From: Octopus sinensis | Taxonomy: Eukaryota | Assembly (NCBI RefSeq): GCF_006345805.1 | Contig: NC_043000.1 | Span: 129,394,001-129,458,000, forward strand | Reading direction: 5' to 3' | Length of the DNA stretch: 64,000 nucleotides | In this document: in pieces, positions 1 to 11,670 of the stretch | How the letters are laid out: the number at the start of each line of letters is the position of its first letter | How positions within the stretch are numbered: the stretch's first letter is position 1 | Program-made: the position numbers and the translations under genes | The notes under the pieces: model-generated | Told to the model about the DNA's origin: nothing | Databases searched by the model: none | Seen by the model: the letters and a program-made list of their open reading frames with translations, nothing else

Positions 1-97
1 GTGTCTATAGTCAGCTGGAGGCGGTGGCCTCCTGGGGCTACAAACTACAGTAGCATCCACCCTTAGGAGTTAGCCATATTTCAATGGCAAATATACG
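1..97. repeat. Dispersed repeat; inverted homolog at 55564-55660
   Basis: Reverse complement of 1-97 aligns by eye with 55564-55660 (shared core taagggtggatgctactgtag-ttgtagccccaggag). Confidence 0.75.
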
Positions 98-212
98 TCA
101 CGATGTGCTATAGCTACTGTTTATAACTCGCTCTGAGATTTATTATTGTAATAAAATGTTTTAAAAGAAATTTTTTTTGTTTGCGTTTATTTTATGTGGA
201 CATTTTGTCCTC

Positions 213-1152
213 ATGGCAGAGAATATAAAGAAAAATAAGGCTACCGCTTTGGAGTGGGAGATTGTCTCACTCTAGCAGTGGATTGGAGACCTTGAGAGGA
301 GGACAGTGGTACTACGGACGTATTCTAGGTCGCGTGATGCCATCGCCCACTTCAACAAGGGTATTATTAATAAAGGGTTGGCAAAACGTTTGCCAGCCAA
401 AAATTATAATGTGACCAGGGGTGTCAAATATGCTACGGTGTGACTTCTTTTTGACACCTCTGAGGAGGCTTGCACTGGGGCAGGTCAGCCCCTGGATGGG
501 GAGGAGATTTTGTTTCTTCCCACATATCGTGGGAAGAAGGTGATAAAGACCTGGGTATGTGGTCATCCCCCGGGCACCGAAGCGGAGTGGATTGCAGATG
601 CCATCCGGCGGGGCCTGGCTCTTAAATATAGAGATAAAGCCTGCGGTCGACTGGGAGGGTGCAAAAGCGACTTTGACACTATGGACCCCAGTGGCCGCGG
701 GTGAAATGACTTGCCCTGACTTTTTGAAAATGGCTGGCTCAAGGTATCCAGTGATACTTGAGGGTCGCCCCCGCCCCCGCCCCTCAATTGTTGCTCACCA
801 ACAGACGCGCAGGTTGCGGGAGAGGAGGAGGACCCCCGGGTGTGCCGGTGGAGGCCCCGACTTCCGCAACTGTAAGAAGGAAAAGAAGAAAGAAGAGAAA
901 CGGGAGACGTCGGCGGATGTCGCTGTGCCGCCGACCGAACCCGATGCTCCTCCGGTGGGAGGTGTGCCGCCGGAGCGAGAGGCTCTGTCAGTGGGAATTG
1001 TGCCGCAGGCAGAGCAGGCTGAGGTCCCTCTCCGCGAGGAAGAGGTAAAACCCGTAGTTTTCTACCTCAGGGGAGGGCCTGTCGAGAAATGCTTGGATAG
1101 TCTTCCAGGCCGAGAACAATTTGACTCGGTCTGTATAGACTGTCCAGGCTAG
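213..1152 (+). pseudogene. Decayed gag-like ORF1 of an L1/Tx1-like retroelement
   Basis: The frame from ATG 213 reads MAENIKK..DLERRTVVLRTY..VTRGVKYATV*LLFDT..LFLPTYRGKKVIKTWVCGHPPGTEAEWI with two stops. It shifts near 620 into the 559-1152 frame (..GSRYPVILEGRP.. then a K/E/P-rich tail). Homologous to 11671-12285. Confidence 0.65.
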
Positions 1153-1519
1153 CCTCCGCAGTCAGAAAGAACTACTCGGGGTCATAGTGGCCTGTAATAA
1201 ATAAGATTTTGTTTTCCTCTTTCCGGGCCCCGACCTGCCAATGCAGGCTTTCCTGCAGGCGGCGGGTCATTTGTTTAGGGGCCCCGATGAGGAGGATTGA
1301 TCTTATAGATTGTGTGATGATTGTATGTTGACTATTTTATTGTAAATGATTATTCTGTCGGAAAAAAAGAACAACGTTTTAGAGAAGGAGAAATTCGGCG
1401 GGCGTTTTTAGCCTTCTCTCATCAATATCATCCTCGTTTCATCATCCACCTCATCAATGTATATGTCCAGCCCGCAAGCTACTCTTTGTAATGCCTTTAT
1501 GGCAAATCTTAATGAAATA

Positions 1520-1660
1520 AAGTAGCTTGCTTACGAACCACATGATTCCGGGTTCAGTCCCACTGCGTGGCACCTTGGGCAAGTGTCTTCTACTATAGCC
1601 TCGGGCCGACCAAAGCCTTGCGAATGGATTTGGTAGACGGAAACTGAAAGAAGCCCGTCG

Positions 1661-1691
<31 letters not shown>

Positions 1692-1910
1692 ATATATGTC
1701 CGTGTGTCTGTGTTTGTCCCCCCCCCCAACATCGCTTGATAACCGATGCTGGTGTGTTTACGTCCCCGTAACTTAGCGGTTCGGCAAAAGAGCTCAATAG
1801 AATAAGTACTAGACTTACAAAGAATAAGTCCTGGGGTCGATTTGCTCGACTAAAGCGGTGATCTAGCATGGCCACAGTCCCATGACTGAAACAAGTAAAT
1901 AAAAGAGTAA
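1520..1910 (+). mobile_element. tRNA-headed SINE, family A
   Basis: B-box-like GGTTCAGTCCC, body ggcaccttgggcaagtgtcttctactatagcc, internal (TA)/(TG) tract, tail gactgaaacaagtaaa. About ten copies in the window. Confidence 0.85.
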
Positions 1911-2019
1911 AGAGAGAGAGATAAAGAGAGTGCCTACGTGATAATTGTAAATCTACTTTTGGGCTACCCTGTATGTGTGTGAGTGAGCGCAGAAATATAA
2001 ATATAGAAAGGATTGAAAG

Positions 2020-2480
2020 TCTTTCTTGAACTCATAGAGCCGCTGTCCTGGATTCTGTGGTGTACACATTCTCCCGCTGGACAGGACGCCGCTCCGTCGC
2101 AAGGTTACTCATTTTTGCCAGCTGAGTGGACTGGAGTATCATAAAATGACGTGTTTTGTTCCAGAACATAGCGCATCGCCCGGCCCAGAAATCGAAACTA
2201 CAATATTCCAATCATGAATGCAACACCCTAACTAGACTACCGGATGTTGTTATACATTGCCGGTCACAATTTCCTTCGCATTGTTTTAGCGCTTGAATGA
2301 CGCCCCAACCCCTACTGGTTAGGCGAACAGGCTAACATTTCCTCTGATCGCAGAGTTTACCCATTTACAGCTGACTGAACTGGAACATGAAATGAAGTGT
2401 TTTACTTAAGAACACAACGTACCACCTGGTCTGGGAATCGAACTCATGGTCTAAGGATCATGAACCGCTAAACCATGCGC
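2020..2480 (-). mobile_element. Stacked SINE fragments (CORE-like head/body and family C tail)
   Basis: ttactcatttttgccagctgagtggactggag..gaaatcgaaac matches 17360-17457; 2255-2340 is the reverse complement of the 51050-51125 tail. Confidence 0.65.
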
Positions 2481-2515
2481 CACAAACACACACACACACA
2501 CACAGCAGAATATAT

Positions 2516-3450
2516 TTATTTCTTCATTGCCCACGGGGGGATAAACATAGAAGGGACAAACAAGAGCAGACAAAGGGATTAAGTCGATTACATCGACCTC
2601 AGTGTGTAACTGGTACTTATTTAATCGACCCCGAAAAGATGAAAGGCAAAGGCGACCACGGTGGAATTTGAACTCAGAACGTTACCGCAGACGAAACATC
2701 ACTTAGCATTTCGCCTGGCGTGCTAACGATTTTTAGTTCTTTACTAACCACAAGGGGCTAAACACAGAGGGGACAAACAAGGACAGACAAACGGATCAAG
2801 TCGTTTGTCTGTCCACACTAAGCCTTGTGTATAATACGCACTCCTCTAACTTGAGTCAAGGAGGTCTATATAACGTCCTTGGTTTGTAAAATTGTATACG
2901 GTAATATCTTTCAGCATATGATATAACTTCAAGTTTAAACATAGCTGAATGAGATCTACGAGGCATTTTATGGGCATGTAATGTATAAAAATGTCTTATT
3001 GGAGATTAATGTACAGGTTTAAGTCCCGCTTATAAAAAAATCCTAGTAAAGACCCACAGTAGTTCAAACAGTTAATACTGGTACTTAATTATCTATTGTT
3101 TGCCACGGTAATGGTGCAAACAGCAGGATGAACTATTTAGCGCTAAACTATTAAGCACAATTCGTGCGTAATTAAGCCAGCAACACCTAGTCGGACAAAC
3201 ACTTCTGCGCATGCATAATACAATAATGGTGATGTTCTTAACTGTTATATGGGAATGTAAATATGTTTGCAAATTGTTTTTGTTACATGTTATTCTGTGT
3301 TCTGCGTAACTGGTACTTATTTAATCGACCCCAAAAGGATAAAAGGCAAAGGCGACCTCGGTGGAATTTGAACTCAGAATGTACGTGTAGACGAAACACC
3401 ACTAAGCATTTCGCCAGGCGTGCTAACGATTCTGTCAGCTCGCCGCCCTA
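2516..3450 (-). mobile_element. SINE family B (dimeric), interrupted at 2802-3306
   Basis: Family B consensus (gaaaggcaaagtcgacctcggcggaatttgaactcagaacg) occurs on both sides of the inserted block. Confidence 0.8.
2819..3306 (+). repeat. Near-identical copy of the interior of the MITE at 4434-5271
   Basis: taagccttgtgtataatacgc...atgttattctgtgttctg matches about 4512-5009, with a few substitutions and a 13-bp deletion. Confidence 0.9.
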
Positions 3451-3644
3451 GAATATATTTATATATAGTCTCTCACAGATCACAGCTTACCGACACAAAA
3501 AAAAACAACAACAACTAAAAGAAAAGCCTCAAAATAACAGGATTGCATACTATGCAAATAAACTTATCATGGCTGAAACACCTTTATAGGATTGTTCGAT
3601 CAGAGCTGACTGGATTAAACAACAACAACATACATGCATGCCTG

Positions 3645-3790
<146 letters not shown>

Positions 3791-4433
3791 CGCACACACA
3801 AAAATTAAAAGACAGTTGTTGACAGAATGAAAATCTTAAAATAAAAAATCCTTCAAAATTAGATACTACATAAAAAAATATTTCAGAATAAAAAATTGAA
3901 GACTCCATCAAATTTATGATGGAAATGAACGAAAAGACGATTTTTGGATATTCTGATAATTAATAAAATTTAGATTATTGCAACTGTTTTCTACTGGAAA
4001 ACCGTTTTCTACTACAGCAAAGTCGATATAATCTTGTGCCTCTGTTTGCGGAGGATAATTCACCAACTTACAAAGTAGTAACACAAGTAGGTACATCTAA
4101 TAAGTAGGAAATTCTCACATGGTTCCAGAAAAAGTAATTACATCAGATGAGATTTTCATATTGTTTCAGTCAAGCGAATAGTTGAATCCGTATCCCGGTG
4201 GCGATTAGATTTTCACCACATCCTCCCTTCTCTCTCAATGCCCTACTATTCACAATGAACACGTAGCTACAATCATCAAATACGCTTCAAATTATAGGCT
4301 TCATAATATCATACGATATCCCGTAGTAATTTTATAAATATAACATTTTCAAAAGTACGTTCTAAAGACCAGGCTTGATCAGAATACAGATCTGATCTGT
4401 CGGCAACTATCTTTAAAGCACAATGCACACCTA

Positions 4434-5271
4434 CCGTAAATCCTCGAGTATAGTCCGCCCTTGAGTATAATACGCAGGGGATTTTTAGGGGGCTGTACCT
4501 CTGAAAAACTTAAGCCTTGTGTATAATACGCACTCCTCTAACTTGAGTCAAGGAGGTCTATATAACGTCCTTGGTTTGTAAAAATGTATACGGTAATGTC
4601 CTTCAGCATATGATATAACTTCAAGTTTAAACATAGCTGAATGAGATCTACGAGGCATTTTATGGGCATGTAATGTATAAAAATGTCTTATTGGAGATTA
4701 ATGTACAGGTTTAAGTCCCGCTTATAAAAAAACCCTAGTAAAGACCCACAGTAGTTCAAACATTTAATACTGGTACTTAATTATCTATTGTTTGCCACGG
4801 TAATGATGCAAACTGCCAATACAAACAGCAGGATGAACTATTTAGCGCTAAACTATTAAGCACAATTCGTGCGTAATTAAGCCAGCAGCACCTAGTCGGA
4901 CAAACACTTCTGCGCATGCGTAATACAATAATGGTGATGTTCTTAACTGTTATATGGGAATGTAAATATGTTTGCAAATTGTTTTTGTTACATGTTATTC
5001 TGTGTTCTGAATACTTTTATTTTAATAAATGTTGCTTACTGCAAGTTATGGATGGTTCTTTTATGACATCATTGCTTTCAGGCTTAGCCAAAGGTATTTT
5101 CATACCCGATATCACAAAATGCGTCTGAATAAACATTGCCGGACAGCAAATAGAGACTCGGACATTGCTTAGAAAATAATTTTCATTTTTAACCTCGTAT
5201 ATAGTACGCACTAGAGATTTAGACTTTTAAATTTTGGGAAAAAAGTGCAGATTATACTCGAAGATTTACGA
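4434..5271. mobile_element. Non-autonomous Tc1/mariner-superfamily (pogo/Tigger-like) DNA transposon
   Basis: 25-bp TIRs ccgtaaatcctcgagtatagtccgc (4434-4458) and gcagattatactcgaagatttacga (5247-5271), 21/25 matching; TA on both flanks (4432-4433, 5272-5273); no transposase ORF. Confidence 0.85.
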
Positions 5272-5724
5272 TACATCTGAATATTGCTCACATATCTGAG
5301 ATGTACTCGAAACTTAGTCTTTGATCTGTTACAAGAGGATAATTAAGAGTTGGGATTTACCAGTTTAGGAAGTATATTTAGATGTGTGCATGTAAGAAGG
5401 TTTGAAACGTATAAATGCATGTTTTACATAAAGGTAACGATAAAAATCAGAAGGTAATGCTTTTGGTTAACAAACATAATTTATTCTTTGCTCACACATA
5501 AAGTAGCTGGTACAACAGAGATAAGCGTACAAGATAAGTGTAGAAGGCATGAGTTTAATTCTTTAATACACATCAAATTAGCTCCGGTACTTGGTAGCAA
5601 ATCTAAAATATCCAATAAGTTTTGATGTGGTAGTGAGGCGAAGTAGAAACCCTATAGCGTGTCGAGCTAGACGAGCCACAAGCTTGGCGATAGTTTAGTG
5701 TCTACATCTGAATGGAATAAAGCA

Positions 5725-5990
5725 AAGCAGCGGACTCGCGGTCGGAGGATCGCGGTTTCGATTCCCAGACCGGGCGTTGTGTGTGTTTATTGAGCGAAAA
5801 CACCTAAAAGCTCAATGAGGCTCCGACAGGGGGTGGTGGCGACCCCTGTTGTACTATTTCACTCTCTTTTCCTGTTTCTTGAGTAACGCTGCGATGGACT
5901 GGCGCCCCGTCCAGCTGGGGGGAACACATACGTCACAGACCGGGAAACCGGGTCCATGAGCCTGGCTAGGCTTGAAAACTGCGACGTTCG
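5725..5990 (+). mobile_element. tRNA-headed SINE, family C
   Basis: gcagcggactcgcggtc..ggtttcgattcccagaccgggcg head; tail gggaaaccgggtccatgagcctggctagg. Other copies at 14335-14640, 17270-17560, 50860-51150 and 59460-59612. Confidence 0.85.
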
Positions 5991-6266
5991 TACGTTCATA
6001 TATATATATATAATTTATATTATATTTACGTGCATACATACATACCTACATACCTAAATACATACACACACACACGTGCGCGAGCGCACATATAGGTAAA
6101 CGCAATTCCAGAACCGGCAGAAACAAGAGAGTCTCAACCAAAAGTGCTTACTTTCTTCAGAATCATAGGAGATTGTCATACCTCTGAGCTGTGCCTACTC
6201 AGTACCTAGTTTATTTTTCAAAACTCTCGGACAGTGAGTCACTTACGTGAATTTATTGCTAGTTGA

Positions 6267-6315
<49 letters not shown>

Positions 6316-6996
6316 TATAATATATATATACACACACACATATATATAATATGTATATATACAAACACGCATGTATGTGTTTATGTACATATATATATAT
6401 TTATTTATATGAACGTGTGACTATATACACATACAAATGTAAAAATGTACACGCGTATATACTCATATAAACTCACATACAAGGATGCACGCACACCCAC
6501 ACCCACACCCACACACGCATACAGGCACAACCGTTCAAGTTATGGATATTATGGGTGAAATAGAATCATGACATAAAACATTTTTTAAACAGAAATATAA
6601 AAATGGAACACGAAATATAAATAAACCATAACAAAAGTAGTGAACGAAAAAAAATAAAATAAATAAAAAGCAACTGCTGCTGCTGCAAAAAAAAAAAACA
6701 AAACAAAAATAAACAAAATAAAAAAAATGAGGAAAAGTGGTGAGACAGAAAAGGAAGCAAAGAATCGGTGAAGGAAGAAAAATAAATAAAATTAAAAAAA
6801 TGTAAAAAGAAAAAAAAAAATGAAATAATATATATGATGTACTTTTAGAAATGGCATCCGAGTGCCGAACTAGACAAGTGATGATATTTATTTCAGTTGG
6901 CAAGTAACGATTCATGTATGGGTTTTAGTGGGAAGGGATGCATTAAACAATAAACATCAGGTATTTAGTCACGTGTCTACTTTGAATAGTTTATGC

Positions 6997-7101
6997 CAGC
7001 CATGGGCAATGTTTTTCAATCAGCAGGCCGCATGAGATTTTGCTCGCTGTGAAACATGTGCCATACAGAATGCTAAAAGGCTTGAAGATTGCTCACAACT
7101 G
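6997..7101. mobile_element. Possible short degenerate hAT-type MITE
   Basis: Weak TIRs cagccatgggcaa / ttgctcacaactg; imperfect 8-bp flanks gtttatgc / gtctatat. Confidence 0.3.
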
Positions 7102-7187
7102 GTCTATATTTTGCTTATATAAAAAGTCGCAATGGTTGCAGTTACTTTCTCTTGTTATAGGTTTTCTTTGATATTTATATTCGATTA

Positions 7188-8260
7188 GGGCGGCGAGCTG
7201 TCCCGAAACGTTAACACGCCGGGCGAAATGCGTAGCGGTATTCCGTCTGTGTTACGTTGTGAGTTCGAATTCCGCCGAGGTCGACTTTGCCTTTCATCCT
7301 TTCGGGGTCGATAAATCAAGTACCAGTTACGCACTGGGGTCGATGTAATCGACTTAATACTTATGTCTGTCCTTGTTTGTCCCCTCTGTGTTTAGCCCCT
7401 TGTGGGTAATAAAGAAATAGGTATTCCGTCTGCCGTTACGTTTTGGGTTCAAATTCCGCCGAGGTCGACTTTACCTTTCATCCTTTCGGGGTCGATTAAA
7501 TAAGTACCATTTACGCACAGGGGTCGATATAATCGACTTAATCTGTTTGTCCGTCCTTCTTTGTCCCCTCTGTGTTTAGCTCCTTGAGAGTAGTAAAGAA
7601 ATATATATTTGAAGGCGGCGGGTAGTAAAGAAATAGGTATTTCGTCTACCGTTACGTTCTGAGTTCAAATTCCGCCGAGGTCGTCTTCGCCTTTCATCCT
7701 TTCGGGGTCGATAAATTAAGTATCAGATTGAGTACTGGGGTCGATCTAATCGTCTGGCCCCTCCCCCAAAATTTCGGGTCTTGTGCCTAGAGTAGAAAAG
7801 AATATTTGTATTCGATTTTAGGGCGGCGAGTTGGCGGAATCGCTATCACGCCGGGTAGAATGCTTAGTGGCAGTTCGTTCGTCTTAACATTCTGAGTTCA
7901 AATTCCGCCGAGGTCGACTTTGCCTTTTATCCAAAAGTAAGTACCAGTTGAGCACTGGAGCTGATGTAACAAACCTATCCCTCTCCCTTAGTTGCTGGCC
8001 TTGTACCAAAAATTTAGGCCAATATTAATATTCGACCTCAAGGCAGCGAGCTGGCAGAATCGTTATCACGCCGGACAGATTGCTTACCAGCATTTTGTCC
8101 GTGTTTCCGTTCTGAGTTGAAAATTCTACTGAAGTCGACTTTGCCTTTCATCCTTGCGGAGTCGATGGAATAAGTACCCGTTGAGCACCGGGGGTCGATG
8201 TAATCGACTTACTCCCCACCCCACTAAACTGATGGCATTGTGCTAAAATTTGAAATCAGT
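7188..8260 (+). mobile_element. Cluster of family B SINEs, including a head+core multimer
   Basis: Repeated ggcggcgagctg heads (7188, 7820, 8042) and repeated gagttcaaattccgccgaggtcgactttgcctttcatcctttcggggtcgat cores. Confidence 0.9.
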
Positions 8261-8274
8261 ATTTATATTCAACC

Positions 8275-9170
8275 TTTCTTTTATTTGTTTCAGTCAATGA
8301 ACTGCCGCCATGCTGGGGCACTGCCTTTTCGGGCTCAGTCAAACAGATCGAGCCCATTGAATTGCTACCATGCTGGGGCACCACTTTGTCGGGCTCAATC
8401 GAAAAAATCGACCTCCATTGACCTGTTACCATGCCGGGGTACCACATTGTCGGGTTCAGTCGAAAAAATTGAACCCAGTCTTTAAGTCTGGTACTTCTTA
8501 TATCGGCCTCCTCAGCCGAATCGCTAAGTTGCGGAGACAAAAAAACCAACACCAGTTGCCAAGTGGGGGAGCGGCTAAACCACCCACACGCAAACATACA
8601 ACGAACGTCTACATAGTTTCCTTATTTCTTTATTGTCCACAAGGGGCTAAACATTGAGGGGACGAACAAGTACAGACAAAGGGATTAAGTCGATTACATC
8701 GACCCCAGTGCGTAACTGGTACTTAATTTATCGACCCCGAAAGGATGAAAGGCAAAGTCGACCGCGCGGAATTTCAACTCAGAACGTAGCGGCGGACGAA
8801 ATACCTATTTCTTTACTACCTACAAGGGGCTAAACACAGAGAGGACAAACAAGGACAGAAAAACGGATTAGGTCGATTATATCGACCCCAGTGCGTAACT
8901 GGTACTTAATTTATCGACCCCGAAAGGATGACAGGAAAAGTCGACCTCGGCGGAATTTGAACTCAGAACGTAACGGCAGACGAAATACCGCTAAGCACTT
9001 CGCCCGGCGTGCTAACGTTTCTGCCAGCTCGCTGCCTTCTACATAGCTTCTGTCCACCAAATTCACTCACACGGCATTGGTCGACCCGAGACTAGAGTGA
9101 AAGACATTGCCCAAGCTGCCGCACAATGGGATTGAACCTAAAATCACGTGATTCTAAACTGAACTTCTTA
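8275..9170 (-). mobile_element. Old family A SINE split by a family B insertion
   Basis: Family A tail at 8275-8600 and head at 9047-9170 flank the insertion. Confidence 0.7.
8617..9037 (-). mobile_element. Dimeric family B SINE with 9-bp target-site duplication
   Basis: tctacatag at 8608-8616 and 9038-9046 flanks the element. Confidence 0.85.
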
Positions 9171-9707
9171 ATGTGTCCATTCACAGCTTGTTTCAAACTT
9201 ATTCTATCGTTAGAAATTTTATTTACTATGAGCCAAAATTTGTTGGAAAATGTTATTTTAACTATATTAATAAAAGCACTGAATTCTGAACATCAGTATT
9301 CTTTAGTTCATTGAAATGGTAAGAGTAATCTGAATACGTTTAACTCTTTTGACATCAATGGTTTGTAAACACGAAGTACCAACTTCTGCCATCTTAACTC
9401 ATCATGAAAACGGAAGCTTCCAAAATTACTTTATTCATTTCAAATCTAAATAGATGTTCAATTTTCTGCAACGTTTGGCCAACCATTCTCATTTTTTTGT
9501 TAGAAAAACAACAACAAAATAAAACAAGCAAACAAACAAACTCAGGAATGATTTCAAACGGAAATTGATTATATTTGCATATGCGATTAACTGGTCAATT
9601 TTATGCAGATTCTATGCTAAACGGTGCGGTATTTGGAAAAGTAGTTAATCAAATTATGCAACAACCTGATATGCTATTAAGCGGAATTGGCTACATATAT
9701 ATATATA

Positions 9708-9877
9708 CTAGAGTAAGCAAATAAATGTGAAACAAGAGGGGAAAATAGTATTCGAATACCAGAGGTAGAATATGCTTTATTATTAAAGTAGCAAAAATAT
9801 CACAAAAACTGCTACTCAGAGTTTCACGTTCCCGTTCGTCGGGCAGTTGTGATGTTTGTGCAGTTTTAATAATAAAC
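9708..9877 (-). mobile_element. ~170-bp hammerhead-bearing element (PLE terminal-repeat-like) inside a (TA)n tract
   Basis: (TA)n on both sides (9695-9707, 9878-9888); contains the 9807-9848 fold; a truncated homolog lies at about 39925-39968. Confidence 0.6.
9807..9848 (-). ncRNA. Minimal type I hammerhead ribozyme
   Basis: Minus strand: AACUGC-CCGACGA-ACG(GGAA)CGU-GAA-ACU(CUG)AGU-A/GCAGUU. Stem I 6 bp, stem II 3 bp, stem III 3 bp, GUA cleavage triplet, U4C core variant. Confidence 0.75.
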
Positions 9878-10286
9878 TATATATATATTTAAAAAAGGAA
9901 AAGAATGACTTCACTGGTAGTTATTATCAATTTAATTTTCAAATGATATAACATAATTTTACAGTTTGGCTTGTAGATCTAGTAATTGCATCTGTAAAAT
10001 TATATATTATTAGAAACTTAAATTGATTAGAACTACCAGTGTAGTACGTTTTCAAGTGAGGGTGGATGAATGTATACTTTTAGGCGCACGCACGTGGGTG
10101 TGCAGGCGCACATATGTAGGTATGAACAGGCGTGCTTACGCGAATACCATGAACTTTTTTATCCCCTTACTTTACTCCCTCCCCTTACTTAGCGGTCATT
10201 CGAATAGCTCTTTAGTCTTAATAACGGTCAATCACACAGTAATTTCCCTTTGTATAACGGTAATTTTTCTTAGCATTTTCCCGATG

Positions 10287-10356
10287 GCCGGATAACTGAA
10301 GAGATGGCGGCATGGATTTCCACTTCGGCATCCGAAACTCGAAGTTTTATCATGGC
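10287..10356 (+). ncRNA. Type I hammerhead ribozyme with extended stem II
   Basis: GAUAA-CUGAAGA-[GAUGGCGG..UGGA UU UCCA..UUCGGCAUCC]-GAA-ACU(CGA)AGU-U/UUAUC. Stem I GAUAA/UUAUC extends to GCC/GGC; GUU triplet; the base of stem II is out of register by one nt. Confidence 0.65.
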
Positions 10357-11099
10357 TACCGAATGATTGTCACATATTACATTTATATATATATATGTGT
10401 GTGTGTGTTTCTGAGTAACGAGGCTTTCACAGATTCTGGGTAAGGTTTTTTGTTATTAGTTGAGTAAGATTTGTCCTCATTGACTCGTTCAGATTATCTG
10501 CTGTGATTGGTTAGCTCTTTACTGGTACTAGCTACAAGTGAATACGGGTCACTACTGGCGAGCGATACAAGATAGGGACAATTCGAACAACTTTTGTATG
10601 TGAGACGAATCCATATATTACCCGGTGTCATCGTGAGAATCGTCTCACTTGCCTTCCTGTGATGAGGAAGAGCAGGCAATTTTCGTCTGTCTTGTGGCCT
10701 TGGCGAAAGAAATTAAAAGTTCTGATAACTTGTCGATTTTCTCTTCGGCCAAACTCCCATCAACTCCGTCAAGTTCCACTTGCAGAAGAAGGGCAGATGG
10801 AGACCAAAGTGCATCCACCTACTCCTGTGGGTTTGCTGAAAGGAAGATGAGAGTGACAAGAATGTCCACGTGAATGAGACTACCTTCCGTATGTACATGT
10901 AAACCAGTGAATAGAGCTGGTAAAGGGCATTTAATCTTTGTTGTGTTGGGTTCATTGATTGACTCTAAGTGATTTACGCACCACCCACTATTAGAGACAA
11001 TATTCCTTGTTCATATTGTAATTATTTGTTCTTTTCTTTTTTTCCTCTATGAAATCTTCACTGTTTCGTATTTCGTTTTTGTACTGTGCCATCTTAGAC

Positions 11100-11590
11100 C
11101 CTTCTGGCAACTAAAGAAAAGATTATAATTATCATTCACCGAAGTCAACTTTGGTTTCATCCTTTCGGGGTCGATAGAATAAGTAACAGTAAACCACTGG
11201 GACCTATGTAATCAACTTACCCTTCCCGTTAAATTATCTGGCCTTGTGCCAAAATTTGAAGCAATTAAAGCGGTCGCATTTAATTGTTTAGTTTATTAGA
11301 ATACTTAATTCAATTAGAACAATTAATTCAAATTTTAATTGCTCAATTACGAGCATCGGACAAAATGCTTCGACTCTTAACGTTTGAAATTCAAATACTG
11401 CCGAGGTCGTCAAAGTCAATAAAATAAGTACCAGAATACTGGGTGTGATGTAATCGACTTACCCTCTCCTCAAAATTCGCTGGCCTTGTACCAAAATTAG
11501 AAAGAATTATTATTATTGTAAGGTGGCGAGCGATCTGGCAGAATTGTTAGCACGCCGTGTGTGATGCTTCGTGTTTTTCGTCTGTGTAGG
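11100..11590 (+). mobile_element. Degenerate family B SINE fragments
   Basis: Diverged core and head motifs (catcctttcggggtcgatag; aaggtggcgagcgatctggcagaa). Confidence 0.65.
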
Positions 11591-11670
11591 TTCAATAGTT
11601 AAAGGTTATATTTGTTTTTGTGTAATTGTTTTGGATTTTTGCTGTTCGCAGCGGTGGTGTTTTTTGAAAA

